The notes: generated from the sequence alone by a model not told the origin. 55,634 nt of DNA from Planctomycetota bacterium (GCA_038318285.1 JBBQCC010000001.1:1-55634), one strand, 5' to 3'. Shown: positions 28,291 through 37,690, counted from the stretch's first letter. Numbers and translations: made by a program.

Positions 28291-28884
28291 ATGACACAAA
28301 CTCGTCCTGCCCCGAATCCGACCCCGAAGAAGCCTGTCGCGCAAAACAGCGCCCCGAACTCCACGGGACGCCTGGAACTCGACGAGAAGGCCATCGAGGC
28401 CTCGAAGAAGTCCCTCGACGACGGCGTGGTGACGCCCACGTACGGCCCGTGGCGCGACGACGTGGTGCGCCTGCTGAACGACGCGCTCGCGACCGAGATC
28501 ACCTGTGTGCTGCGCTACCGCCGGCACTACTTCACGGTCGACGGCGTGGAGTCGCCGGCCATCAAGGCCGAGTTCCTCGTGCACGCCAACGAGGAGCTCG
28601 CGCATGCGGACGCGCTGGCCGAGCGCATCGTGCAACTCGGCGGTGAGCCCGACCTGAACCCCGCGACGCTCGGGGAACGCAGCCACGCCGACTACGACGA
28701 GTCGAGCTCCCTCAACGCGATGATCAAGTCGAACCTGATCGCCGAGCGGGTCGCGATCGAGACCTACCGCCAGATGATTCGCCTGATCGGCGACAAGGAT
28801 CCGACGACGAAGGGCGTCTTGGAAAAGGTGCTCGCCGACGAGGAAGAGCACGCCGACGAGTTGAAGGACTGGCTGCACAAGTGA
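28291..28884 (+). CDS. Ferritin-like di-iron protein (bacterioferritin/Dps superfamily) with N-terminal extension
   Basis: It has two ExxH di-iron motifs (NEELAHAD and DEEEHADE) in a four-helix-bundle-like sequence. The start is either ATG 28291 or GTG 28255. Confidence 0.8.
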   Translation: MTQTRPAPNPTPKKPVAQNSAPNSTGRLELDEKAIEASKKSLDDGVVTPTYGPWRDDVVRLLNDALATEITCVLRYRRHYFTVDGVESPAIKAEFLVHANEELAHADALAERIVQLGGEPDLNPATLGERSHADYDESSSLNAMIKSNLIAERVAIETYRQMIRLIGDKDPTTKGVLEKVLADEEEHADELKDWLHK

Positions 28885-28924
28885 CGCGTGCGGTCGATGC
28901 GAGCGGCCAAGCTGAGTGTCGGGC

Positions 28925-31786
28925 TCAGCCGCCCTTCTCTGCCACGCGCTCGAGCACCCGATGTTCGAGTTCGGCCCACTCGGGCATATCGCGCAGGGGG
29001 TCCAGCACGCGCTCGCTCTGCAGGTCGGCGACGTCGCTGTAGCCCGCGTCGACGGCCTGCGAGAAGGTCGCGAGTGCGCGCTGCAGGCAGCGATCGGCGA
29101 CCGTGTCGCGGTCGGACTCTTCGATCTGATCCGCCTCGCGCACCGTCGCCGAAAGCATGAGCCACTTGCCCGTCAAGCGGCGCAGCGTGCGCCAGGCGAC
29201 CGGGTACATGCTCTGCGCCTTCTCGAGTGCCTCGATCGCGCGCGGGAGCGAGCCGCTGCGCGCTTCGATCTCGCAGATGCCCAGCCACCATTCGCCCATG
29301 TACTGCGCGAACTGCGGGTTCTGCGGCTCGTTCGCGCGCACGGGCTCGAGGATCTCCATCGCGCGATGGAACAGCGCGATGCCCTCGGTCGGATCGGTCG
29401 GCCCGGTCATCCCGCCCAAGTTCGCGGTCGCGATCGCCCAGGTCGCGCGCGAGCGCAGCTCGTCGGGACGCGCCTTGCACAACGCCTCCTGGCTGTTCAT
29501 CGCGTCCTTCATCAGCGCGATCGATTCGTCGTGGGTCTCCTCGTCGCCACCCAGCGCGCCCGCGAGGCTGGCACGGCAATCGTTCAGCGCCGTCGCGTAC
29601 TCGGTGTTCGAGGGGAAGTCGCGCACGAGGCCCTCGAGGATCTCGAGCGCACGTCGGAAGTGGGGGATCGATCCGCGCCGGTCGGTGAGACGCCACGTCG
29701 TCGAACCCAGGTTGATCAGTGCGTCGCCCAGCGCCGAGCGCGCTGTACTGGAGAGCGGGTCGAGCTCGAGAGAGCGTGTCTCGACGCTCACGGCTTCCTC
29801 GAGCACGGGCAGCGCCTCGTCGGGCTGGCCGCCTTCGATCAGTTGGTAGCTGAGGCTGCACAGGCTGGCGCCCAACATGAGCAGCGAGTGCGCATCGTTC
29901 GTGCGCTCCGCCTCGCGGCGAGCGAGTTCGACGCCTTCGCGCTGGCGCTTCAGGCTCTCTTCCGTGCGTCCGAGGATGAACAGCGTCGTGGCCGAGTGCG
30001 TCATCGCGTTGCGGAGCAGGCTCGTTCGCTCGCTCTCGCGCGCAGGACCGAGGTCCGCCTTCTCGATGCGGCGCACCGCTTCCTCCGTGTCTGCGAGCGA
30101 GTCCTCGTTGTGGCCGAGCTTGCGCAGAACCTGTGCGCGTCGCATGTGCGCGAGACCCGTCTGCCAGTCGAGCTCGCCCGGCCGCAGTTCGCTCGGATCG
30201 GCGGCTTCGAGCGCGTCCACGGCTTCGCCCAGCAGTGTGAGTGCTTCTTCGTTGCGACCCATCTGACGACGAATCTCACCGACGCGCGCGCGCGCGATCG
30301 CGACGCGCGCGCTGTTCATTTCCTGGCCTTCCCCGATGCGCATCAGGTCTTCGTTCAGCGTCAGCGCGTCACCGAGGATCTTCGCGCGCAGGTCTTCCAT
30401 TCCGGGCACGTTGTCCAGGTCGCGGTCCCCGACGCGCGAGAGCAGGTCCTCGATGGACTGCGCAGCGACATCGAGGCTGGATCGTGCGCGGTCGCGCTGC
30501 GCGCGCGCGTCGTCGAGCGCAGCACGGATCTCGGCGTTCGCAGCGCGCTGCTGGATCCACAGGACGGTCGGTACGCCGAGCAGCAGGAGGAGCGCGAGCG
30601 CGATCACTGCCGCGTGCGCTGGGCGTCTTTGCGCGAAGCGCGCCGCGCGGAGCAACGGGCCCGCCGGTCGAGCCTCGATCGGGCGGTGCTCCAGGACGCG
30701 CGTCAGGTCGGCGGCCAGCGCTGCCGCGCCGTCGTAACGACGCGACGGCTCGCGATCCATGGCCGTGAGGCACACGACCGCGAGGTCTCGCGGAATCGTC
30801 GGATTCAGCCGCCGCGGCGGAATTGCGCGCCCTTCGTCGATCTTCTGCAGCATCGCCGCCGTGTTGTCGGCCGCGTAGGGCAGGGCATGCGTGAGCAGCT
30901 CGTACAGCGAAGCACCCAGCGAGTAGACGTCGCTGCGCGCTCCGCTCGAAGCGGTGCCGCCGGCCACGATCTCGGGCGGCATGTACGGCATGGACCCGAG
31001 GTGCGAGCCCGATTGCGTGAGGCGTTTCGCGCCCTGGTTCGACGACAGCCCGAAGTCGACGATCATCACGCGGCCCGTGCGCGTGATCATCACGTTGCTG
31101 GGCTTCATGTCGCGGTGCAGGACGCCGCGACGGTGCGCGTGTTCGAGCGCTTCGGCGACCTCGCGCACGATGCGGGCGATGCACTCGCACCACGTGCCGT
31201 CGTACAGCGGGGACGAGCCCTCGCCGGGAAGTTGCGCGAGCAGATCGGCGCCGCTCAGCGTCGCGATGTCACGACTGCCGAGCTTCTCCAGCACGTCGCC
31301 CAGCGATGCACCGGCGACGAGTTCCATCGCGAAGTACGGGATGCCGCGTTCCTCGCCGACGACGTACACGGGCACGATGCCGGGGTGCTGCAACCGCGCC
31401 GTGGCCTCGACTTCGCGCCGGAAACGATCGCGCGCGCCCTCGAAGTACATGTGCTCGGGACGGATCAGCTTGAGCGCCACTTCGCGATCGAGCGACGTCT
31501 GACGCGCGCGGTAGACCACGCCCATCCCGCCCGAACCGAGTCGCGAGATCAGCTCGAAATCACCGAGTCGATCGGGGAAGTCCGCGCCGCTGCCGGTCGC
31601 GCTCGCCTTCGATCCGAAGCCACCGATCAGTCCCGCCGCGCGCAGCGTGCGGATGCGGCTCTGCAGCGAGGCCGCGAGTTCGGGATGCGCCGCGCACAGC
31701 GCGTCGACGGCCACGTCGCCTTCGGACTCCATGCGGTCGAGGCACTCGACGACGAGCGCTTCGACGTCAGATGAGGAGAGGCTCAT
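28925..31786 (-). CDS. Ser/Thr protein kinase with TM helix and extracytoplasmic TPR repeats (second copy)
   Basis: The Met at 31786 (MSLSSSDVEAL) gives 953 aa. It has GSGGMGVVYRARQ with VALKLIR, HRDMKPSNVMI, DFGLS and the TM segment AAVIALALLLLLGVPTVLWI, followed by TPR-like repeats. Confidence 0.9.
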   Translation of the reverse strand: MSLSSSDVEALVVECLDRMESEGDVAVDALCAAHPELAASLQSRIRTLRAAGLIGGFGSKASATGSGADFPDRLGDFELISRLGSGGMGVVYRARQTSLDREVALKLIRPEHMYFEGARDRFRREVEATARLQHPGIVPVYVVGEERGIPYFAMELVAGASLGDVLEKLGSRDIATLSGADLLAQLPGEGSSPLYDGTWCECIARIVREVAEALEHAHRRGVLHRDMKPSNVMITRTGRVMIVDFGLSSNQGAKRLTQSGSHLGSMPYMPPEIVAGGTASSGARSDVYSLGASLYELLTHALPYAADNTAAMLQKIDEGRAIPPRRLNPTIPRDLAVVCLTAMDREPSRRYDGAAALAADLTRVLEHRPIEARPAGPLLRAARFAQRRPAHAAVIALALLLLLGVPTVLWIQQRAANAEIRAALDDARAQRDRARSSLDVAAQSIEDLLSRVGDRDLDNVPGMEDLRAKILGDALTLNEDLMRIGEGQEMNSARVAIARARVGEIRRQMGRNEEALTLLGEAVDALEAADPSELRPGELDWQTGLAHMRRAQVLRKLGHNEDSLADTEEAVRRIEKADLGPARESERTSLLRNAMTHSATTLFILGRTEESLKRQREGVELARREAERTNDAHSLLMLGASLCSLSYQLIEGGQPDEALPVLEEAVSVETRSLELDPLSSTARSALGDALINLGSTTWRLTDRRGSIPHFRRALEILEGLVRDFPSNTEYATALNDCRASLAGALGGDEETHDESIALMKDAMNSQEALCKARPDELRSRATWAIATANLGGMTGPTDPTEGIALFHRAMEILEPVRANEPQNPQFAQYMGEWWLGICEIEARSGSLPRAIEALEKAQSMYPVAWRTLRRLTGKWLMLSATVREADQIEESDRDTVADRCLQRALATFSQAVDAGYSDVADLQSERVLDPLRDMPEWAELEHRVLERVAEKGG

Positions 31787-31851
31787 GCGGTTCGGTTCCT
31801 CGGCGGGTGCTCCGGCGGTGCTAGCATCCGTGCAGGCAGACGCCGATCCCG

Positions 31852-32448
31852 ATGCCCGACGATAGCGCAGAACTCGCAGAGCAGGCAGCTCGCGGTGACG
31901 CGGGTGCGATGCAATCGCTGCTCGAGCAACACCTGGACGGCTTGCGCGCATTCGTACGGCTGCGCACCGGCCCCGAACTGCGTCGGCGCGAATCCTCCTC
32001 GGACCTGGTGCAGTCCGTGTGCCGCGAGATCCTCGAGCAAGCGCACCGCTTCCAGTACCCGAGCGAGTCCGCGTTCCGCCGCTGGCTGTACACGACGGCG
32101 CTGCGCAAGATCTCCGACCGCGCCGAGCACTGGCGCGCGCAGAAGCGCGACGTCGGCCGCGAACAGGCGTTCCCGTCGCAAGGCGGCGAGGCCGGGTTGA
32201 TGCGGCGCTACGCCTCGTTCTCGAGCCCCAGTCAACACGCGATGTTGCGCGAGGAAGTTGAGCGCGTCGAACGTGCGTTCGAGCAGCTCTCGGAGGAACA
32301 GCGCGAGGTCATCACACTCGCCCACGTCGCCGGGCAGTCGCGGGCCGAGATCGCCGAGCACATGGGGCGCACGGAAGGGGCCGTGCGCGTGCTGCTGCAC
32401 CGTTCGCTGGCGCGGCTCGCGGAGATCCTGGAAACGCCGCGAACATGA
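31852..32448 (+). CDS. ECF-family RNA polymerase sigma-70 factor
   Basis: 198-aa ORF, divergent from the kinase with a 65-bp spacer. It has a region 2 (DLVQSVCREIL, RRWLYTTALRKI) and the region-4 HTH QSRAEIAEHMGRTEGAVRVLLHRSLARL. Confidence 0.88.
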   Translation: MPDDSAELAEQAARGDAGAMQSLLEQHLDGLRAFVRLRTGPELRRRESSSDLVQSVCREILEQAHRFQYPSESAFRRWLYTTALRKISDRAEHWRAQKRDVGREQAFPSQGGEAGLMRRYASFSSPSQHAMLREEVERVERAFEQLSEEQREVITLAHVAGQSRAEIAEHMGRTEGAVRVLLHRSLARLAEILETPRT

Positions 32449-32534
32449 GGGTGCGGGTTCCGTCGGCCCGCGCTAGCCTGAGGCTCACGCCCGAACATCC
32501 CTCGGGCTCGCACGGTCCCTTCCCGGCCCTTCCC

Positions 32535-33437
32535 ATGAACCTTCGCCTCGCTGGCGCGCTGATCGCGGCGTGCCTCCTCGTTCCCTCGTTCGCTCGCGCG
32601 GACACGATCTGCTACTCGGAGACTTTTCTGAGTTCCACGACGGACTGGAAGCAGTACGCCAGTGTCCAGCAGTTCAACCCGAACCTGGGGACGCTGCTCG
32701 CCATCCAGATCCGCGTGGATTGCACGATGGTCGCGTCGTACCGCGTCGAGAGCCTGGACGCGGCTCCGGCGGCAACGGCGGCGGACATGGCCTTCCATTG
32801 GGGGCTGAACGATTACTCGGCCACGACCGTCCTCTTCGGTGCGGCCGGCGCCACGTTCCACGAGGTGTTCACCGCGTTCGATGGCGTGATCGACTTCGCC
32901 GGGACTTCCGGTGCCGTGCACCGAAACCTCACGTTCGTGGATTCGATGCAGTACACGCCCGCGCTGACACCGCTGAGCATCGCTGCGTTCGTCGGCGTGG
33001 GTTCGACCGGATTCAGCCTGTTCGCCACTTCGGCCACGAGCATCACCGGACCAGCGAACCTCATCTCGCAGTTCACGACGTCGGCCAGCATGACGATCGA
33101 GACCTGCTACACGTACGCGATCGACTGCAACCACAACGGGGTCCCCGACGACGTGGACCTGATGATGGGCGCGCCGGATCAGTACGGCCCCGGCACCTGC
33201 ATGCCCGACGGCGTCCTCGACGCGTGCCAGCCCGAACCGGACTGCGACGCGGACGGTCTCCCGAACCGCTGCAACATCCTGCAGGGCGAGCCCGATCTCT
33301 ACGGGCCGACCGCCTGCCTACCCGACGGCACGCCGGACAAGTGTCAGTTCATGCCGGACTGCGATGGCGACGGCCTGCCCGACGTGTGCGAGCCCGACAC
33401 GAACGGCAACGGCATCCCGGACGACTGCGACGTCTGA
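32535..33437 (+). CDS. Secreted protein: choice-of-anchor-like beta domain + Cys/Asp-rich calcium-binding-type repeats
   Basis: The Met at 32535 is followed by a signal peptide (MNLRLAGALIAACLLVPSFARA). The C-terminal third has repeated PDCDADGLPNRC / PDCDGDGLPDVC / DTNGNGIPDDCD units (thrombospondin-type-3-like DxDxDG). Confidence 0.75.
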   Translation: MNLRLAGALIAACLLVPSFARADTICYSETFLSSTTDWKQYASVQQFNPNLGTLLAIQIRVDCTMVASYRVESLDAAPAATAADMAFHWGLNDYSATTVLFGAAGATFHEVFTAFDGVIDFAGTSGAVHRNLTFVDSMQYTPALTPLSIAAFVGVGSTGFSLFATSATSITGPANLISQFTTSASMTIETCYTYAIDCNHNGVPDDVDLMMGAPDQYGPGTCMPDGVLDACQPEPDCDADGLPNRCNILQGEPDLYGPTACLPDGTPDKCQFMPDCDGDGLPDVCEPDTNGNGIPDDCDV

Positions 33438-33485
33438 ACCTTCGCCGCGGAACCTCGACGCGAGCACTTGCTCTCCACGAGAAGT

Positions 33486-34025
33486 TCAGCTGCCGGCCGC
33501 CGCCAGCACTTCGTGCGCGATCGCGACGTGGTGTCGCGAGTGCACGCTGCCGAACCGCGCCCACTGGGCCAGGTCGAGCGGCCCGAGCATCTGGTGGGGG
33601 ACGAACAGCACCGCGCGCTCGGCCTGCGGGTCGAAGCCGCTGCGAAACGCGGCCAGGTCGTCGACGAACTGCGCGGCCCACGATCGGGTCGTGGCCGGGT
33701 CCACGTCGGAAGGCGGTACGACCATGCGCGGCGACTTCGCCTGCCCGCGCGGCAGCGTGCCGGCGGCCAGGAAGGCCAGCGCGCGCTCGTCCTGCGCGGC
33801 GTCGGCGACGACCAGGAGGCCGGCCCCACGCGCGAGGTTCCCGAGGTTGCGCAGGATCAGCTCGTTCGCGAGCGTCGCGTGGCTCGCGTGTTCGAGAGCC
33901 GACCAACCGGAGATCGTCGGCGCGCGAGCGCTCAGCGCGCGATCGTCGAGCGCGAGCAGGCGGACGATCTCTCCCGCCGCCGCGGTAAATGCATCGAGTT
34001 CTGCACCGGCATCGAATCGTGACAT
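33486..34025 (-). CDS. DinB-family (DinB_2-like) protein
   Basis: The Met at 34025 (MSRFDAGAELD) gives 179 aa. Its His-containing helices (ALEHASHATL and HSRHHVAIAHE) are typical of the DinB four-helix metal-binding fold. Confidence 0.75.
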   Translation of the reverse strand: MSRFDAGAELDAFTAAAGEIVRLLALDDRALSARAPTISGWSALEHASHATLANELILRNLGNLARGAGLLVVADAAQDERALAFLAAGTLPRGQAKSPRMVVPPSDVDPATTRSWAAQFVDDLAAFRSGFDPQAERAVLFVPHQMLGPLDLAQWARFGSVHSRHHVAIAHEVLAAAGS

Positions 34026-34064
34026 GTCCGCGCGAGAGTACGGTAGTCTGGTCGCGGCCGCACG

Positions 34065-34835
34065 ATGCGCATCGTCTCCCTGTGCCCCAGCCTGACCGAG
34101 CTCGTCTTCGCCCTCGGGCGTGGTGACGAGTTGGTCGGAGTCACCGAGTGGTGCGTGCACCCCGAGGCCGGCGTCGCACGCGTCGAGAAGGTCGGCGGGA
34201 CGAAGACGCCCGACGTCGCACGCATCGTCGCTCTGGCACCTGACCTCGTGCTGATGAACGAGGAGGAGAACCGGCGCGAGGACGCGGAGGCGCTGCGCGC
34301 GGCGGGCCTCGAGTGCCACGTCTCGATGCCGCGTGATGCCGCGGAGACGGCGGACATGGTGCGTTCGATCGCGACGGCAATCGAGCGCCCGAAAGAGGGC
34401 GCGGCGATCGCACTCGACATCGAACGCCGAGTCGTCGAGGCTCGGCTCAAGGCCGACGGGAAGCCGCGCGTGCGCTTCGCGTACTTGATCTGGCGCAAGC
34501 CGTTCATGGCCGTGAACGGTGACACGTACGCCAGCTCGTTGCTCGAGCTGGCCGGCGGCGAGAACGTCTTCCACGATCGCGCGGATCGCTATCCGCTCGT
34601 CACTGCGGAGGAACTTGCCGCAGCCGCGCCCGATGCGATCCTCCTGTGCACGGAGCCATTCCCGTTCCAGGAGCGTCACGCCGACGAGTTGGCGACGTTG
34701 ACCGGGCTCGCGCGCCATCGCTTCGAGATCGTGGACGGCGAATACCTGTCGTGGCACGGCTCGCGCACACCGGCGGGCGTCGACTACGCGGCGTCGCGCA
34801 TCGAAGCGGCGCGCACGTCGATCGGCGCGGTCTGA
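34065..34835 (+). CDS. Cobalamin/metal-binding TroA-BtuF-like (helical backbone) protein, no signal peptide
   Basis: 256-aa ORF. The N-terminal RIVSLCPSLTELVFALG...LVGVT and KVGGTKTPDVARIVALAPDLVL are typical of class III periplasmic-binding-fold proteins. Confidence 0.72.
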   Translation: MRIVSLCPSLTELVFALGRGDELVGVTEWCVHPEAGVARVEKVGGTKTPDVARIVALAPDLVLMNEEENRREDAEALRAAGLECHVSMPRDAAETADMVRSIATAIERPKEGAAIALDIERRVVEARLKADGKPRVRFAYLIWRKPFMAVNGDTYASSLLELAGGENVFHDRADRYPLVTAEELAAAAPDAILLCTEPFPFQERHADELATLTGLARHRFEIVDGEYLSWHGSRTPAGVDYAASRIEAARTSIGAV

Positions 34836-34838
34836 GCG

Positions 34839-34854
34839 TCCGCGGCGCCGCGGA
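34839..34854. repeat. Perfect 16-bp palindrome filling the gap between convergent genes
   Basis: TCCGCGGCGCCGCGGA equals its own reverse complement. It lies between the TGA stop at 34833-34835 (+) and the stop at 34855-34857 (-). Confidence 0.8.
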
Positions 34855-36252
34855 TCAGCGCGGCTTGTAGCGCCAGACGATGTCCTTCGCGTCGTCGGTG
34901 CCGCCGTCGTCCACACCGTCGGGTCCGACGGACCACAAGATCACGAGCCCGCCGTCGTTGAACCCGCAGCGGATCGGCTTGCCGTCGAAGGGGTCGCTCG
35001 TCTTCGGGATGAATTCGAGCAACGCCTTCGCGTCGGTGCGGAACGCCAAGAGCGCCGTGCGCGCCAGCACGAGTCGTGCCTCGAGCTCGTCCGCCAGCGC
35101 CGTGATCGCGTCGGGCGCCGTGGCGAGTGCGCTGGAGATCGGTGCCATCACGCGGTCGAACCAGCCCGGTCTCGGCGGCGACGCGCGCCGGAACGCGGCA
35201 TCGTCCAGGCTCGCGATGCGCTGCCCCCAGGTGTCGAGGAAATAGGCCTGGTCGTACGAGATGCGCAGGCTCGCCGGCAGGAACGAGTTCGCGGGGAGCT
35301 CGCTCCGATCTCCGCCGTGACGGATCAGCTCGAACGCGCGGTTCCCGAACGCACGCTCACCGGTGGCTGCGGTGGCGAGCTGCGCACGCGGGCGCATCGC
35401 CTCGAGATCCCTCTCGAGCCACGCGAGGTCCGTGCCCGGGTCGAGACGGGGCAGCGCGAGCTCGATCATGCCCAGCAGGCTGCGCTCGGAATCGAACACG
35501 CCGAACGCGCCGACGAGGAACGGCGCGCCCTCGTAGATGTGCGCGACGTCGCGTTGTGCGCGCAGGAGATCGGGGACGCGATCGAGTCTTTCGGACCACA
35601 GGGCCTGCAAGAGTTCGAGCTGCAGCGATGCGCCGACGTCGATCGTCGACTGGATGGGAAGCGTGGGAAACGTCGCGCCGGTCGCCGTCAGGCTGTCGAC
35701 GATCACCTGCGGGTCGATGGGGCCGTAACGGCCCGCGAGCATTCCGACCTCGCCGTGTGCGGCCATGCCCATCGCGGTCAGCCGCACCGCTTCGAGCCCA
35801 CACGGCGGCGTCACCACGATGCCGTCGTGCGAGTTCAAGATGTCGAGCACGCGTTGCACGGCGGCGGCGGCGTTCGCGCTGGATCCGGCGCAAGTCTCGA
35901 GCGCGGCGAACGCTTCCTCGGCCTCACCGCCGAACTGACCTTGCGCGGACTTCTCGCGCAGGGCGCCGAACATTGCCGCATCGGTCAGGGCGACGGGATC
36001 CCAGCGCGTGCGCGCGGCTGTCGCTTGCGCGAGCCACTGCGTCGGTTCGGGACGCGGATCGGCCGGGCGTTGCAGGTCCTCGGGCAGCGACGGCGCGCCC
36101 GACGCGGTGATCGCCAGGAGCTCGTCGTTGCGCCACTTCGCTCCGGCGAAACGCAGTACGAACGCAGTGGCGAGCACGAGCAGCACGAGCCCGATCGTCA
36201 CGACGCCGACGAGTCCGAGGCGCATGGGCTTCTTCAGCGTGGACTGCTTCAT
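34855..36252 (-). CDS. N-terminally anchored hypothetical protein with pseudopilin(GspG)-like C-terminal motif; last gene of the multiheme operon
   Basis: The Met at 36252 (MKQSTLKKPMRLGLVGVVTIGLVLLVLATAFVL) gives 465 aa. The body is mostly helical. The C-terminus DPFDGKPIRC...LVILWSVGPDGVDDGGTDDAKDIVW resembles the end of type II secretion pseudopilins. Confidence 0.65.
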   Translation of the reverse strand: MKQSTLKKPMRLGLVGVVTIGLVLLVLATAFVLRFAGAKWRNDELLAITASGAPSLPEDLQRPADPRPEPTQWLAQATAARTRWDPVALTDAAMFGALREKSAQGQFGGEAEEAFAALETCAGSSANAAAAVQRVLDILNSHDGIVVTPPCGLEAVRLTAMGMAAHGEVGMLAGRYGPIDPQVIVDSLTATGATFPTLPIQSTIDVGASLQLELLQALWSERLDRVPDLLRAQRDVAHIYEGAPFLVGAFGVFDSERSLLGMIELALPRLDPGTDLAWLERDLEAMRPRAQLATAATGERAFGNRAFELIRHGGDRSELPANSFLPASLRISYDQAYFLDTWGQRIASLDDAAFRRASPPRPGWFDRVMAPISSALATAPDAITALADELEARLVLARTALLAFRTDAKALLEFIPKTSDPFDGKPIRCGFNDGGLVILWSVGPDGVDDGGTDDAKDIVWRYKPR

Positions 36253-36293
36253 GGGGCGGCAGGATGCATCGCCGCCCGTTCTCGCGGCAAGGA

Positions 36294-37682
36294 TCAGTCG
36301 TGCACTTGTCCGTCCGGGTGGCAGTCGTAGCAGGCTGGGCTCGTGTACGAGTACCCGCGGACGCCGTTGTGGTGACCGTTCGTCTGACTCGGCGAGTGCT
36401 CGTGGCAGTTGATGCACGCGAACTGCCGGAACGAGTTCGGTGCCGGGTGGCACTCCTGACAAGAGATGTGGTTGTGGTGGCCGCTCGTGATCGGGAATTG
36501 CGGGTGCGTGAACGTCCCGTCGCCCCACGTGCGCGTCGTGTGGCAACCCTCGCACGACATGCCGATGCCGTTGCTGGCGTGCGGCGGCTGCGACGTGTTC
36601 GCGTAGTCGCTCGCGTGGCAGTCGATGCACCCCGAGGTGATGCCGGCGTGGCTGAAGTTCGCCCCCTTCCAAGTGCGGGTGGTGTGGCAATCCTCGCACG
36701 CCGTCGAGAAGTTCTGCGCGACGTGGTTCGGCGCCGTCTGGTAGTCGCTCGCGTGGCAGTCGATGCAACCCGACGTGATGCCGTTGTGGTTGAAGTGCGC
36801 GCCGCTCCAGCTGTTGATCGTGTGGCAGTCCTGGCACATCGTCGAGAAGTTCCCCGACACGTGGTTGTCGGCGCCCTGGTAGTCGCTCGCGTGGCAGGAG
36901 AAGCAGGCCGTGCTCAAGCCGCCGAAGTCCTTGCCCATGTGACAGGCCGAGCACGACAGTCCCGAGTGGCCGCCCTGCAGCGGGAAGAAACCGTGCTCGA
37001 AGCCGGCGCGCGACCAGTCGGTCGGCAGGTGGCAGCGTTGGCAACCGTCCGTCCAGCCCTGCGCGACGTGGTTCGGCTGCAGCGCGACGGCGAGGTCCTT
37101 CTGGTGGCAGTCCGCGCAGTTCGTGCTGGCCTGCACGAAGTTCCCGACCTGTGCGCCCGGGTGGCAGGCCCAACACGCCGTCGATGCGTGCGCGCCGGCG
37201 AGCGGGAAGCGCGTCGTCGCGTGCTGTGCGATCTGTGCCTTCGGGCGCCAATCGACGGCCGTCTCCTCGTGACACGTCGTGCAACCGGATCCGAGCTTGC
37301 CCTCGTGGATGTCCTCGTGACAACCGATGCAGCCGCGCTCCGAGAACCGCGCGACCGGTCCGCGGTCGTTGTGACAGCGCAGGCATTCGGCAGCCTCGTG
37401 CGCGCCGACGAGCGCGACACCCGTCTGCGCCGCGTGATCGAACTGGAAGTCGTCACGGATCGAGTGCCAGGTCTCGCCCGCGTGGCACAGCGCGCAGTCG
37501 GCCGGGAACGTGTCGTGGGGAACGACGGGGCCGCGCTCGGCCTGCCAATGCTGCGGCGGAACCGGATCCCAATCGTGTCGCGCACTGCCGTCGATCGCGC
37601 AGGCGAGCAGGCCCAGCGCCAGGGCCAGCGCCAGGATCGCAGCGTGCGCGCGCGGCATTCCGAAAAGACTTCGCGTTTGCAT
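36294..37682 (-). CDS. Multiheme c-type cytochrome lipoprotein (17 CxxCH motifs)
   Basis: The Met at 37682 is followed by a signal with lipobox-like LGLLAC. I counted 17 CxxCH motifs by hand. Three tandem ~45-aa repeats are present (C.SCHASDY...NFST.C.DCHT...W.GA.F.H.GITSG). Confidence 0.9.
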   Translation of the reverse strand: MQTRSLFGMPRAHAAILALALALGLLACAIDGSARHDWDPVPPQHWQAERGPVVPHDTFPADCALCHAGETWHSIRDDFQFDHAAQTGVALVGAHEAAECLRCHNDRGPVARFSERGCIGCHEDIHEGKLGSGCTTCHEETAVDWRPKAQIAQHATTRFPLAGAHASTACWACHPGAQVGNFVQASTNCADCHQKDLAVALQPNHVAQGWTDGCQRCHLPTDWSRAGFEHGFFPLQGGHSGLSCSACHMGKDFGGLSTACFSCHASDYQGADNHVSGNFSTMCQDCHTINSWSGAHFNHNGITSGCIDCHASDYQTAPNHVAQNFSTACEDCHTTRTWKGANFSHAGITSGCIDCHASDYANTSQPPHASNGIGMSCEGCHTTRTWGDGTFTHPQFPITSGHHNHISCQECHPAPNSFRQFACINCHEHSPSQTNGHHNGVRGYSYTSPACYDCHPDGQVHD

Positions 37683-37690
37683 GGTGGATC

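Noticed and set aside
28916-31774. 952-aa plus-strand ORF.
   Set aside because: It is antisense to the Ser/Thr kinase gene, which has clear catalytic motifs. The product is Arg/Ala-rich with no recognisable domain.
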